A stretch of DNA of 64,000 nucleotides from the NCBI GenBank assembly GCA_964016885.1, contig OZ024740.1, positions 74,958,001 to 75,022,000 of the forward strand, written 5' to 3'. The DNA is from Eledone cirrhosa. Its lineage: Eukaryota. Shown piece by piece: positions 1 through 14,520 of the stretch. Positions within the stretch are counted from its first letter, which is position 1. Every line of letters starts with the position of its first letter. Position numbers and translations under genes: made by a program. The notes below the pieces were generated by a model. It was not told the origin of the DNA. It saw nothing but the letters and a program-made list of their open reading frames with translations, and made no database searches.

Positions 1-245
1 ATCAATGATCTTCATCATCTTCTGTTACAGTCTCCTTTTGCGGCAGTCCATTGATCATTTCCTCATCAACTACAAATGGGTTGTTAAACAGGCCTTTAAC
101 GTGTTCAGTTCATCGACCCACAATTCCTGCTGGATCTTTGATGAAGACTTTTCCATTTTTTACTTCAATGGTAACATTTTTGAGGGCTGTGGGCCCAAAA
201 CTTGCCTTATTGGTCTCTGCAGTTATAAGTTCTCTGCATCTTCGC
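1..245 (-). mobile_element. Decayed RTE-clade LINE ORF fragment (linker between APE endonuclease and RT)
   Basis: Minus-strand translation ...SFGPTALKNVTIEVKNGKVFIKDPAGIVGR*TEHVKGLFNNPFVVDEEMINGLPQKE... matches the RTE pattern YGP...DG..LITD...IL.RW.EHF..LFN.P..V....I..LPQ, with a stop at the W position. Confidence 0.65.
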
Positions 246-875
246 TGACATATTTACATATATACATACATGCATACATACATACATGCTTACATGCATA
301 ACTTCTTATAACATTAATAATACATACATACATGCTTACAAGCATAAATACATATATACATACATAATACATACACACACACATACATACATACACTCAT
401 ACAAAAATATATACATACATATGTACATAGTAGATCACGAATTCCCGCAACTCAAAAATTGCAACGTAGACAAAAACACGTGTATACCGTCTGTGTGAAC
501 TAATTGCGTACGCTATGACATTGCTGCTTGCTCATTCACATATCACTTTACATGCGTCTGTATTACGTCAGAGGACTATGGGGTTTGCCCGTAGCTTTCT
601 GTAGCTCCACCACTTGCCTCCTCCGTCACATTAGATAGAAATATATGCATATGCAAAATTATTAAAATTAACAATTGGGATGATAGATACATAATAGAGA
701 TAGTTTCATACAGAGAAAGAAGGAAAACTATTAATATTAAATAAATAGTTAGTCAGATACATACTGTAGATACACACGCACAAATATAGACATAGACTTA
801 TAACGAATAGAAACCACTTGGTTAATCTGTCTTTGAATATCGGTTATATATATAAATATATATATGAATATCGGT

Positions 876-916
<41 letters not shown>

Positions 917-924
917 TTGTACAC

Positions 925-955
<31 letters not shown>

Positions 956-1033
956 AACATGTATATATATATATGTCATGATATACATACACACACTATA
1001 TATATATATATATATATAAAATATATATATATA

Positions 1034-1103
<70 letters not shown>

Positions 1104-1194
1104 CATATATACAAATATATATATATATATGTATATATATACACATATATATAAATATATGTATACAAATATACATATATATGTATATATATAT

Positions 1195-1239
<45 letters not shown>

Positions 1240-1289
1240 TATATATATATATACACACACATGTATATATATATACCCTCCCCAAGTAT

Positions 1290-1347
<58 letters not shown>

Positions 1348-1745
1348 GTACAAGTAGATACAAATGTAAATAGGAAGGTGCCATACAGCTCTGACGATGA
1401 CAGTGCACACAGACATACACACACACCGACACACACTTACACACACACACACCTACATACATACACACTTACACACGCACACGCACATTCTCTCACAGTA
1501 TTTCCCTTTCTAGCTATATCATTGAACATATTCTACTTGCACTTGAGACAACATTACTAAAATGGGGCATGTTTAATCTGTCCTTCAAAAGAGAAAGAAA
1601 GAGAGAGGGAAAGAGCGGGTGAAAGTGAGAGGGACAGAGAGAGTAGAGGAGAGGAGGAGATAGAGAATGGAAAGAGAGAGAGAGAGAGAGTGACAGAGAT
1701 ATGCAGACAGTCAAATGTACATAAACAAGTATAAGAATGCATGAA

Positions 1746-1914
<169 letters not shown>

Positions 1915-2522
1915 AATATATATACATTTATATATTTGGGGAGGGTCATATTTGCGTAATATTGCCAGAATTAATAACAGAACACACTCACTGTTTGGTT
2001 GGTTTTCGCTTCTCGCTGTCTTTTATATATATATATCTGCGATCTAACTTACTCGGTCCTCAATGTTGCCATTGACTGACCGGCGGTCAAAAATAATACA
2101 GATACAATATAGACAAACACATATATATATAGTTTACATAATTTACATAAATCTTTCGTTGCACATCTGCAACATCGTCAGTGGTGTTATATTCATTGTT
2201 CCTCCTGTTGTGTTGTATGTCTACGCCATTTTTTTTGTTCAGTCTGTCTATATATTTATTTATTTATTTGCTTGTTTGTTTATCTTATTTTATTTTGTCT
2301 TCTTTGCGCATGCGTTTGCGTGTGTGTATAGTGTTATGTGTGATGTGTGACTAGTGTGTATAGTGTTGTGTCTGCTGGGTGACTAGTGTGTGTTTATGTG
2401 CTTGTGTATGTATTTATTTATCTTATTTTATTTAATTTAATTTACTTATTTATTTATACTTCTCTTAGGTCAGTGTTGTTTGTTTGGGTGTTGTTGTTGT
2501 TCCACTCATTCTTTCTGTTTAG

Positions 2523-2585
<63 letters not shown>

Positions 2586-2606
2586 CATATTCATATACAT
2601 ATACAC

Positions 2607-2643
<37 letters not shown>

Positions 2644-2710
2644 TGAATGTGTGAGGTGTGTGTGTGTGTGTGTGTGTGTGTGGGGGGGTATATGTGTGTG
2701 GGCGCGCGTG

Positions 2711-2742
<32 letters not shown>

Positions 2743-2786
2743 TAATAGAGTAGGAATGAGGCATCAATATAGCAACAATGTTTATT

Positions 2787-2913
<127 letters not shown>

Positions 2914-2994
2914 AAGTATGACCCCGACGGCAGAGCTCAAGCCGTTTCGACGGCTATATATGTATAGATAAATGTACATATATGTATCTATATG

Positions 2995-3026
<32 letters not shown>

Positions 3027-3636
3027 CATATATGTATATGTGTATATAAATTTATGTATATACATATGATATATATAATACATGTAATACATAATATATA
3101 TATTATATATCTTGTATATGTATCATATATATACATACACATATGCATGTGTGTATATAAGTATATATGTATGTATGTCTGAATGTGTGTGTATGTATAT
3201 GTATGTCTGTATGTCTGTATGTCTGTATGTGTGTATGTTTATATATATATGTATGTATGTATATCTGTATGTCTGAATGTCTGTATGTATGTGTGTATGT
3301 ATGTATGTCTGTATGTATGTATGTATGTGTGTGTATGTGTATGTGTGTATGTGTATGTGTGTATGTCTGTATGTATGTGTGTGTATGTGTATGTGTGTAT
3401 GTGTATGTCTGTATCTCTGTATGAATGTATGTCTGTATGTATGTGTGTGTATGTGTATGTGTGTATGTGTATGTGTGTATGTGTATGTGTATGTCTGTAT
3501 GTCTGTATGTATGTCTGTATGTGTGTGTGTGTATATATATATATGTATGCATGTATGTGTGTACGTATGTATGTATGTATGTATGTATGTATGTATGTAT
3601 GTATGTATGTATGTATGCATGTATGTATTTATGTGT

Positions 3637-4245
3637 GTCAGGTCACCAGTTGGTGCTACTGGTAACATGTATCCCAGTACAACCTGTCTTATGGTCGGGT
3701 CGTTGGCGACTAAACTGGCAACCCCACCAAGGTTTCTTGGTGAGGAGGCTGACTTTGGACATCCTGCAGGACTAAAAACAAAACCTGTCAAAGGGCAAAG
3801 GAGCTTTTAAGAGTCAATGGCCATCCAAAATCACCGGGAGAGATGACCCCTTAGCCTTTGTCAAGGTAGAATTCTAGGAGGAGGAAAACTCTGATATAAC
3901 ACCTGCAACTCTGATGGTATCCAATGATGTTGACTTGTTCTTCTTTTTGGTAAATATCATCTTGGTTAAGAGAGTGGGACTGGCTTTGTGCAGTGCCTTT
4001 GCTCACTATAAAAGCTTCACGGCACAGGCATTGCTTTATATCTGGAGATCTCTCTGCACTTGTCGTCACATGGTACCATGGGCCCAGCACTATGTGTCAA
4101 TAATTGTCACAAGTGTAGTGTTTGTACCAAAGTTTTCAAGTCGCTGGCCGGACTGAAAAGTCACACTCGTTCAGCACATCGGTAGGGGTTCTCCTACATG
4201 GATATAAAGTAGTGGCCGTACTCGAAAACGAGTTGGCAGCCACCA
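3637..4245 (+). mobile_element. ~610-bp non-coding retroposon (RTE-derived SINE-like) with (ATGT)n tail, copy 1
   Basis: Near-identical to 43594-44203 (reverse strand). Flanked by (ATGT)n. Contains RTE 5'UTR-like motifs (ggcaaccccacc; ggaggaggaaaactctgatataac). 3' end ...gagttggcagccacc(atgt)n. Confidence 0.7.
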
Positions 4246-4251
4246 TGTATG

Positions 4252-4282
<31 letters not shown>

Positions 4283-5389
4283 GTATTTATGTATGTGTGT
4301 ATGTATGTATGTATGTATGTATGTATGTATGCATGTATGTGTGTGTGTATGTATGTATGTGTGTATGTATGTATGTGTGTATGTATGTATGTATGTATGT
4401 ATGTGTGTATGTATGTATGTATGTATGTATGTATGTATGTGTGTATGTATGTATGTGTGTATGTATGTATGTGTGTATGTATGTATGTGTGTATGTATGT
4501 GTGTGTGTATGTATGTATGTGTGTATGTATGTATGTATGTATGTATGTATGTATGTATGTATGTATGTATGTGTGTATGTATGTATGTGTGTATGTATGT
4601 ATGTATGTGTGTATGTATGTATGTGTGTATGTATGTGTGTATGTATGTATGTATGTATGTATGTATGTATGTATGTGTGTGTGTATGTATGTATGTGTGT
4701 ATGTATGTATGTATGTATGTATGTATGCATGTATGTGTGTATGTATGTATGTGTGTATGTATGTATGTATGTATGTATGTATGTGTGTATGTATGTATGT
4801 GTGTATGTATGTATGTATGTGTGTATGTATGTATGTATGTATGTATGTATGTATGTATGTATGTGTGTATGTATGTATGTGTGTATGTATGTATGTGTGT
4901 ATGTATGTATGTGTGTGTGTATGCATGTATTTATGTATGTATGTATGTATGTATGTATGTATGTATGTATGTATGTATGCATGTATGTGTGTATGTATGT
5001 ATGTGTGTATGTATGTATGTATGTATGTGTGTATGTATGTATGTGTGTATGTATGTATGTATGTATGTATGTGTGTATGTATGTATGTATGTATGTATGT
5101 ATGTATGTATGTATGTATGTGTGTATGTATGTATGTGTGTATGTATGTATGTGTGTATGTATGTATGTGTGTGTGTATGTATGTATGTGTGTATGTATGT
5201 ATGTATGTATGTATGTATGTGTGTATGTATGTATGTATGTGTGTATGTATGTATGTGTGTATGTATGTATGTATGTATGTATGTGTGTATGTATGTATGT
5301 ATGTATGTATGTATGTGTGTATGTATGTATGTGTGTATGTATGTATGTATGTATGTATGTATGTATGTGTGTATGTATGTATGTGTGTA
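4246..5389. repeat. (ATGT)n/(GT)n compound microsatellite, ~1.1 kb
   Basis: Seen directly. Similar arrays at 3160-3636, 39430-40272, 44204-44912 and 45990-46580. Confidence 0.95.
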
Positions 5390-5466
5390 GACAAAAGAGA
5401 CAGACAGACTGATGAGAAGATAAGGAAAAGAGAACTAGGACATGAAGAATTGAATGAAAATACTTT

Positions 5467-6807
5467 ATGATGGTGGTGGTGGTGGTGGTGATGATGGTGG
5501 TGGTGGTGTTGGTGATGGTGGTGGCGGTGGTGTTGGTGATGGTGGTGGCGGTGGTGTTGGTGATGATGGTGGTGGTGATGGAGTTTGGTGATGATGGTGG
5601 TGGTGGTGTTGGTGTTGATGGTGGTGGTGGTGTTGGTGATGATGGTGGTTGTGGTGTTGGTGATGATGGTGGTGGTGATGGAGTTTGGTGATGATGATAG
5701 TGGTGGTGGTGTTGGTGATGATGGTGGTGGTGGTGGTGTTGGTGATGATGGTGGTTGTGGTGTTGGTGATGATGATGGTGGTGGTGGTGATGATGGAGGT
5801 GGTGATGGTGATGATGGTGGCGGTCATTGTGGTGATGGTGATGATGATGGTGGTGATGGTGATGATGGAGGTGGTGATGCTGGTGTTGGTGGTGGTCGTG
5901 ATGGTGATGGTAATTCATGATGGCCGTAGTGATTGGTGATGATGATGGTAGTCGTGCTGATGGTGGTGGTTGTGATGGTCGTGCTGGTAGTAATGATGGT
6001 GGCGGAAGTGATAGTGGTAGTGTTGGTGGTGGCGATATTGATGTTGGTGGTGGTAGTGATGGTGGTAGTAATTGTGGTATTGATGGTAGTCGTGGTAATG
6101 GTGTTTCCGGTTGTGCTGGCGGTGATGGTGGTGGTAGTAATGGGAGATGTGACGGTGTTTGTGATGCTTGTATTTATGGAGATCATGGTGGTGGTATTTG
6201 TGGAGATGGTGGTGGTGATGTTGGTGGTGGTGGTGGTGGTGGTGGTGGTGGTGGTGGTAGTAGTGGTGGTGGTGGCGGTGGTGATATTGGTGGTGGTGGT
6301 GGTGGTGGTAGTAGTAGTGGTGGTGGTGGCGGTGGTATTTGTGGAGATGATGGTGGTGGTGGTGGTGATGGTGGTGATGGTGGTGGTGGTGGTGGTGATG
6401 GTTGTGGTGGTGGTGGTTGTGAAAGTGTTGATGGCGGTGGTATTTGTGGAGGTGGTGGTGGTGGTGATGGTGGTGGTGGTGATGGTGGTGGTGGTGGTTG
6501 TGAAAGTGTTGATGGTGGTGGTAATTGTGGAGGTGGTGGTGGTGGTGATGGTGGTGGTGGTGGTGATGGTGGTGGTGGTGGTGGTGATGGTGGTTGTGGT
6601 GGTGATGGTTGTGAAAGTGTTGATGGTGTTGGTATTTATGGAGATGGCGGTGGTGGTGGTGATGGTGCTGGTATTTGTGGAGATGGTGGTGGTGGTATAG
6701 CTGTGAATGCTGGTGATGGTGGTAAATATGGCGGTTGTGAATGTAGTTATTTCGTTTACATTGATGGTGGTGTTGCTGGTTGTGGTGTTGCTAGTTGTGG
6801 TGGTGAT
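5467..6807. repeat. (GGT/GAT)n trinucleotide low-complexity array
   Basis: Seen directly, with internal higher-order units such as ggttgtgaaagtgttgatgg and ggtatttgtggagatgg. Confidence 0.9.
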
Positions 6808-6886
6808 GAGTACTCAATACTTAGGGTAGTAGAGTGGGTAATAGGGAAATACATACATATATATACACTATATATAGGTGTGTGAT

Positions 6887-6941
<55 letters not shown>

Positions 6942-6944
<3 letters not shown>

Positions 6945-7258
6945 AAAATGTTCAACACCCCACAGCAGAGCTCAAGCCGTTTCGACGGCTATTTCTGGTC
7001 CACAAACAGCCGTCGAAACGGCTTGAGTTCTGCTGTCTGGGGTTGAACATTTTCATATATATATATATATATAGGAACGAGTAGGACCCCGACGGCTGAG
7101 CTCAAGCCGTTTCGACGGCTAATTCCAGAATTAGCCGTCGAAACGGCTTGAGCTCAGCCGTCGGGGTCCTACTCGTTCCTATTACCCACTCTACTACCCT
7201 AAGTATTGAGTACTTTGGTGCGTTATGGTCCATCTGGTTCTTTACCACATTTCCTTCG

Positions 7259-7260
<2 letters not shown>
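6942..7260. mobile_element. Two copies of fold-back family F1 (gccgtttcgacggc hairpin core, with or without ~90-bp tail) in (TA)n
   Basis: 6942-7054 is a palindrome only. 7073-7260 is a perfect ~50-bp-arm palindrome (ggaacgagtaggaccccgacggctgagctcaagccgtttcgacggctaatt...) plus tail attacccactctactaccctaagtattgagtac...ttccttcgtt, then (TA)n. Confidence 0.85.
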
Positions 7261-7349
<89 letters not shown>

Positions 7350-7418
7350 CATACATATGTGATCACACACCCATATATAATGCATATATATACATATGTG
7401 ATCACACACCCATATATA

Positions 7419-7471
<53 letters not shown>

Positions 7472-7653
7472 TACTTCCAACAAGCGGGAACCTAATATAA
7501 CTGTGTACAAGTGCCTCCTGTGTTTTTGATCTTTCATTTTCAACTATATATATATATAGATATATATATATGTGTGTGTGTGTGTGTGTAAGTGTGAGTG
7601 TATGTGTGTGTGTTCGCAGGGAAAAGCGGACGTAAAATGATGATGATGATGAT

Positions 7654-7687
<34 letters not shown>

Positions 7688-10676
7688 AATATGTGCCTGT
7701 GTATGAGTATATGTGTGTATGCGTGCGTGCGTGTGTGTTTGTGTAAACAAAAGTTGCCATCAACATAGAGAAAAGAAGCTAAAGAAGAGTACAGAAGCAC
7801 GATTAAGTTTAAAGGATGAGAGACTGGGATATCGTTCTAGGAGGAATGTTCTCTTTGATAAAATGTCTAGATGTCAGTGGGAAACCAAGAAAGATAACAT
7901 CGACTGTCACGTGGTCGCGTGTCTTCGTTTAGTGACATTTCCTAGATAACTTTTTAATCGTCTCATTTACGTAAATATTAAGAGAAGAAAGCTTGTGTGT
8001 GTGTGTGTATCTGTGAGTGAGGAAGATGGAGGGAAAGAATTTTGAAGTCAAACAAAGAGAGAGTGTGAGTGAGAGAGAGAGTGTGGGGGAGGGAGAGAGA
8101 GAGAGTGGAATAACGGGAGAAAAAACAACGAATGGCGATAGGCAGGACTGAGCCGTGTGAGAATTGGTGGAGGTGGAAGAGTTGAAGTAGATGGAAAAAG
8201 AGTGAAAAACAGGGATGCAATTTTGGAGGAGGGGAAAATCGATTAAATCGACCCCAGTGCGTAGCTGGTACTTTATTTTATCGACCCGTAAAGATGAAAG
8301 GCAAAGTTAACCGCGGCGGGATTTGAACTCAGATCATAAAGGGCCGTAACTCTATGCTGCAAAGCATAAGTGGGAATAAGTGGGAGAAGAAGAAGAAGAA
8401 GAAGAAGAAGAAGAAGAAGAAGAAGAAGAAGAAGAAGAAGAAGAAGAAGAAGAAGAAGAAGAAGAAGAAGAAGAAAGATTACCATAACGGATAAAATGTT
8501 ACAAAACAGTTGAATTTAAACATTTTTATTGTTGATTTTACTTTGTATTAGATTTTTTTTAAAACTTTTGCTACAGAGTCTGTTATCGTATATATTTCGA
8601 CGACCAAGTAGTGTCATTTATTCCTCCATGAAATCAATAGCAACCATTTTAATCTGACATTAACTGACACATAGATATGGAGCTTAGCATTTCATTTGCT
8701 ATTGATGATGAGCATTTCGTTGCTCAATCAACTGAACATTTAGCACGACAATTAACGTGTACCTGGTTGAGACTTATATGGTATGGTATGGACCCATAAC
8801 TCCTGATGAAGTCATATGGACACCGTAGTGACATACGGCGTCACTTTGGCATTTTAAGCCTGGCGGAGTTCATCTCCTCTCCAGGTCTGAATACAGCAGA
8901 TTTCTTCCAGAGAAGGATAGAAAGTGAGAGAGAGAGAGAGAGGAAGTGAGAAAGAAATATAGAGGAAGAATCGACTCTAGTACTGGACAGGTACTTTTTT
9001 TTTATCGATCGTGAAAGAATGAAAGGCAAAGCTGATCTTAGCGGGATCTGAACGTGAGCAGAGAGCAGTAACGAATGTCAGGAAGCATTCTATCTAACGT
9101 TTTAACGACAGTGGCAATTTTCCACCTATGGACATGTGCATCCCTTAACATAATTCCCAAGAACCGAATCCCAGTGATACAATATGTTACAAACAAGACT
9201 GGACTTTTAGTGCACTCAATCCGGCGGAAGTCATAATTGAAATCATAATCGTAGCGGTAGAGTAAACAGAAGGCGGCGATTTGCAAGAGTCGTTAGAACG
9301 TTGGATAGATTGCTTTGCGGTATTCGTTCCGGCTTTCTGCGGTCTGAGTTCAAATCTCACCGAATCAAATTCGCCCTTCATCTTTTCAAGGTTGATATAT
9401 AAAGTACCAGTCCAGTACTGGAATCGATTCTTCCTCTCTAATATATTCCCTGCTTTCTGAAAGAAAATCATATGTGCCCAGACATACACAGGGATGGGTT
9501 CCTCTACGTTTAAAATGTTAAAGGCATGTCATAAATCATCGCAGCGCCCTACAATTCCACAAGGAGCTACGGGTACATAGATTCATATATACTTCCAGTC
9601 ATAGTAAACAGAAATAGGACATCTCTCTACATAGCGAAAGTTATTGAAATATGAGCTATATAGCTTTGTAGCTTGTCAGGTCAATAACCTTCAGAAAATA
9701 TGAATGTATAAAAGTACATTTGTACTTTACTGTAGGATGTATTTGTGTGTTATACATTATCAGCAGCTAAATTGAAGTGCTGCAGTATTTATGAGTCTGT
9801 TTCCGTTTTAACTATCATGAAGACAGTTAGGGCCACCGCATTTGGAAGAAAGTGAGTGTCTTCTTAAAACTACAATGGTTCAAGAACTATTGTAATTGTT
9901 CAAGAGTACAGTTGTTCATATACTTGGATTCCTGACTTATTACGGAATTATCTATCTTAAATGTTAATAATATAAAGAAACATCATGGAAAAGATTTCTT
10001 CTTTCTCATGATGTTTCCAAGTTGTTTAAAATGTTTAATGAAGTCGAGAAAATATACAACAACTTTGTCCATCGGTGATCGATGAAAACTTGACTTCGTG
10101 TCCATAGATGGCTAATAGGAGAGATTCTGGTACGGAAATAGCGGTCATATGTGGGGCACATGTGGGGTACATTGGTTTAAAGAAGAATGCAATAACCAGT
10201 TGAAGTTTTCAGAGCTAGAAACTACAACTTACATGTACGATAGAACATGACTGATTTATGAATGAAACTTGCTATTTCTGGGTAAGTTTTATGCATTTTT
10301 CACATGAAAACCCAGCAACGTTGAATTAACCAATGTTCAAATAAACCTGTTTACTTTTAAAAGAATACAGAATTTGATTGTGATAAGATTAAACTTTTCA
10401 ATTTGTATATTACCATAACTATGAGAAACCAAAAATGTTTTGTTATGCAAATGTTCCAACTGCTTCATATCACTATTGTGATAATAAAGTAAAGAGGGTG
10501 GTGGTAAATTATGTCAGTCTACGTCTACATCAATACATAAACATGATTTACTATATCTTACGCTCATTATAGCATAAACCAAGAGAATGTTTTGCATTAC
10601 ATCTGTCATGCCAATAGCATATATAACATATTAATAGGGGTGTATATGAAAATATGTGCTATATGTTTATATACAA

Positions 10677-11526
10677 CTAGCTGACGTACCCAGCTTCGCC
10701 CGAGTAAACAGATAATAAGAGAAGACAGGTAAAAGAGAAAATGACTGTATTGGATGTTTGTCTGGTTACAGTATGAGGCGAGTCCGTGGTGTCTGTGTGA
10801 TACAAAAAAACAGTAAAAAAAATCTTCCAGATATACCAGATTCTTCGTTGTACCGTTTGTGCATAGTATATGAACAATTCTAGGCGCTCCCACCTAGAAT
10901 AGTGACCTCTAGGAGATGGTTCATCTTCTGCCTGACTGTAAAACGTGTATCATTGCATAGACGTGGTTGTTCCACGTTTCTCAAAAGTATGATAGAAGTT
11001 CCAATCTTTTATATTATATGTAGATATATATATAGATAATTAATATAAAAGATGATGCTCAGTCAGTTCGTCTTCAACCATCGCAGCACGCCGTCGCTGC
11101 TTGGCTCCAGTGTTTCGTTGGCGTTGTTCAGCCAGCTCCTCTTCATTCATGGCGACACGTCTTCGCCTCTGAAGTTCGGCGCTTCGATGGCGCTGTTCGG
11201 CCCGTTTTTCTTCATTCCTCGCTGCACGCCGTCGCCGCTGTAGTTCACTGTTTGATAAAGTCGAATTGCTTTTACTTTCTGTGGAACGCTGCACGCACAC
11301 ACACATAAACATAGGCGCACGTACATACGCACACATGGTAATAGTTACAGCGTTCACTTTGCCTCTCTGTTTCTTACTCTCCCCTCTCACTCCCTCATTG
11401 GCATTATGCATATTAATTTAAGCTTGGCGTCGTTGAGGTGGGCGGAGTCGTTTGAAACCTATGAACCAATGATAATCGAGAATTATGACACACGGAATAC
11501 TGACATTGTTGAAATTAATATATAGA
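10677..11526 (-). mobile_element. Non-autonomous Helitron remnant
   Basis: On the minus strand it starts A|TCTATATATTAA and ends with a hairpin (actcgggcgaagctgggt) then ...CTAG|T. A second internal TCTATATATA start lies near 11037. ORF 11040..11411 carries RRRRAAxNEEEL-type repeats like those at RepHel N-termini. Confidence 0.65.
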
Positions 11527-12447
11527 TAAACCTATAAGGGCCTTATAGGTTTATCTATATATTAATTTTTTCATAACAAAAATAATATTTTTATCAAAGA
11601 AAAAATATTGTTTTTGTTATGAAAAAATCTTTATCTCTTTTATTCTGTATTCCAGTAGCCGTTGAGAATGCCAGACAGTGCTTTTTCAAGATTCATTAAT
11701 CTTTCATCGGTAACATCCACTCAACTGGTACTAAGATGAAAATAGACTAGAATCTAAATAGATTTTGCATGATGAACATTTGCTGGAGATGGTCATTTGC
11801 ATACAGCAAATAGAAGACATCGGCTGGAAATACTCATTTGCATATAGTGCGAACTTGTCTGGTTATAATCTCACTAAGTCGGCGTTACACATAATAGAAA
11901 TGTATATGAAAGCATATACTCTATGCTACTGGGCAATACCATATTAAACCTACCCTTCTTATTGTATTATGATAATGATAATTCCTTATGTTAATTCTTC
12001 ACGTCTCGAATGTTGTATTTTCTTCCTGGACTCACCTTCTCTCGCTCACTCACTTTCTCTCTCTTTCCCCTCAATGCTTCTAACCCTAGAAGAATATTAG
12101 GCTTCACAACCTTTTAAAGCATCTAACGGGTGTTGCACATTATTTTACTGAACAGAACGGACTGAAACTGCATTGGTAATAAATTACTTCACCTTAGAAC
12201 ATTTAATAATCAAGAGTAGTGGTTAAATAATTTATACAAAATATTGATGGTGCATCTATATGTACATTACTAACACAAGTTATACAAGACATCCAAGTCT
12301 GAATCACAAGGTATGTTCTCTAATTCAATCTACATATAAAATATAGTTGAATCCTAGGACAGCAGGGAGAGTCTACATCGCTAAATAGTAAGTTTAAACA
12401 TTAAGTTCACAAAGTGGAATAAATTGGTTGATATGAAGAGAGAAATT

Positions 12448-12481
12448 GTTTAATGTTTCAGACAGTAACTTTCGTCAGAAA
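12448..12481 (-). ncRNA. Degenerate minimal hammerhead ribozyme motif
   Basis: Reverse complement ttt-CTGACGA-aagttactgtct-GAAA-catt-aaa. Stem II is weak. Confidence 0.35.
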
Positions 12482-13469
12482 GAGGTATGAATGAATAAAA
12501 GTTGCATATTGAGTATGTACATTCATTCACTTTAAATAAAAATTGTGTTTTTCCTTTTTTAAAAATAAAATTTTGAATTCGTTTTCGTTTAATCAAAGTT
12601 TATGTCGTAATTGATGAGACATTCAGAGCTACTTCCTTGTTTATTAGCACATCTTTACACTACTCCATACTGTTTTCAATGTCAGAAGTAAAAGAAAAAA
12701 AAAATGTTCTCATAAAAAATGAAATTTATAAAAGACAGACCTTTTGTCTACCCCAGGTATTGGGGTGGACTCCAAACATTCCAAAATTCCGTTTGTAAAA
12801 TAATACCCAAAACAAAAAATAAAAACCATCCAGTAAAATTTTGTAATAATCCAATTTTCTCGGAGCATTCTGAAACATGTCCGTTTATTTCAAAGCATGA
12901 TAATGATAATAGCAAAACTAGAAAGGAAAATAAAAATACAAGGAGACGCTGAAAATCGCGAAAGGGATTCTGTTATCTTTACAGGGGAAGTAGGACCGCT
13001 GCAATAAGTGTGTGAATCTGAGAGGGGAATATGTTGAATAAAATCATTATTAACTGATCCCGCAGTATTTTCTTTTACCCAAAGCCAAGAACCTTTCAGC
13101 ACCCACTCATACACCAGTTAAAGTCAGGTTATATTTACCATTAATACAGAAAGGCAACAATAATATTATTTATAAAGTATCTACTGCCGGATTACGAAAA
13201 ATATCTAGTAATGCAGAATAGAATAATAAAAATAGCTACAAAACACGAAAACAATAACAACTGTTTCATATCTAAAAACAAAAAACCAGCAAATACAAAA
13301 TAGATGCTGTGACAGATAGCTGTGAGATAAAAGAGAAACAACAGAAATTGTGATAATACTAGAAGCTAAACTAAAAATGGAGCTACAGAATTTCGTTCTA
13401 AAACGATGGCAAGAAAAGATCTGACATGGCGAATACGAAGGTAGAGAAAGAGAAAAATATCAGCACTGG

Positions 13470-13850
13470 ATGATGAACGCATTTCTAAAAGTTGAGACCT
13501 TATGATTTTACATGGCGGAAGAGAATCAAATGTTTAATGTAATGAAACCGAATAAAACTAGTTGAATTTCTGAAGATTGAGGAAGAAGCTGTTAACTATA
13601 TTGTTTCTAGATGCCCAATTTTAAACAAAAGACAATATGTAGAGGCTTGACAAACCTAGGGTTTTCACAAAATGGAATTTATGCCAGCACTATGAAATAC
13701 CAACAGAAAAGAGATGGCATTAACACACACCAGAAAAAAAAACATCTTAGAGAAGGAGAAAGTGCCTATACTCTTGGATATATCGATCTACACAGACAGG
13801 GAAATCCAGGTTAACTTATGGGATATTATCAAAAACCACCAATAAAGAAA
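13470..13850 (+). mobile_element. Decayed R4/Dong-clade non-LTR retrotransposon fragment (zinc knuckle to restriction-like endonuclease)
   Basis: Frameshifted translation EEAVNYIVSRCPILNKRQY...WNLCQHYEIPTEKRWH*HTPEK...ILLDISIYTDREIQVNLWDII matches the R4 pattern ETIDHIVSGCPIL...HWKICQHY...WYEHTPE...ILWD.PIHTDR.I.ANRPDII. Confidence 0.7.
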
Positions 13851-14197
13851 GTATCACAATAGACGACAATATATCTCTAAAGGAAATGATGATATACAAA
13901 ACGATGGAATTATCACAGATGCATTGATGTTTGGGGTTTTACTACTTCTAACCAATTCCTACCATACATACGTAGTATGAGTTCACACACCAAAATATTT
14001 TATGATATATTATCGTCTGCTGTAACTGATACTTCTATCAGGAGATATTTCCTTTACTAACGGTCTTCTTTTCCGTGCTTGCGTGTATTAACATATACCA
14101 AAATATGGTCACCTTGTCATTTCTGAATCCTTTCTGGTTGTGTGTTTTTCTTTTTATTATCTTTTCTCTGTTGGTATTTCAAAATACACTCAGTAAA

Positions 14198-14520
14198 GTT
14201 TCACATGTGATTAGAATGTCTCGGGAAAGAATCGTTAGACATATTTTACGGGCAAAGGAGACTAAGGGGTAGACCCAGAGCAAGATAGTTGGATAACATC
14301 CATGGGTTCGGCTGGTTTCGCTTGGGGATCCAGCTGGATCAGTTGGAAACGGTTGCTACTGACAGGAACTGCTGGAAGAAGTGTTTGAGGACTTTGCTTT
14401 CACAGTCCTCTCAGGAATAAGTGGGAGAAGAAGAAGAAGAAGAAGAAGAAGAAGAAGAAGAAGAAGAAGAAGAAGAAGAAGAAGAAGAAGAAGAAGAAGA
14501 AGAAGAAGAAGAAGAAGATG
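14198..14520 (+). mobile_element. 3' end of an RTE-clade LINE with (GAA)n tail
   Basis: HVIRMSRERIVRHILRAKETKG.RPR..LDNI resembles the RTE C-terminal GHVxRM..R....G.R.RGRP..RW.D motif. It ends gaataagtgggagaa(gaa)n, and the same tail occurs at 8366-8475. Confidence 0.65.

Noticed and set aside
5917-6885. 322-aa Gly-rich ORF resembling a structural protein
   Set aside because: It is a (GGT)n array open in several frames, has no signal peptide or clear splice sites, and runs into an F1 element.
7073-7260. F1 hairpins as bacterial REP/terminator sequences, miRNA genes or a recurring small protein ([16 protein letters not shown]...)
   Set aside because: Dispersed, variably truncated, either orientation, and embedded in (TA)n, which is mobile-element behaviour. 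The ORFs exist only by read-through into microsatellite.
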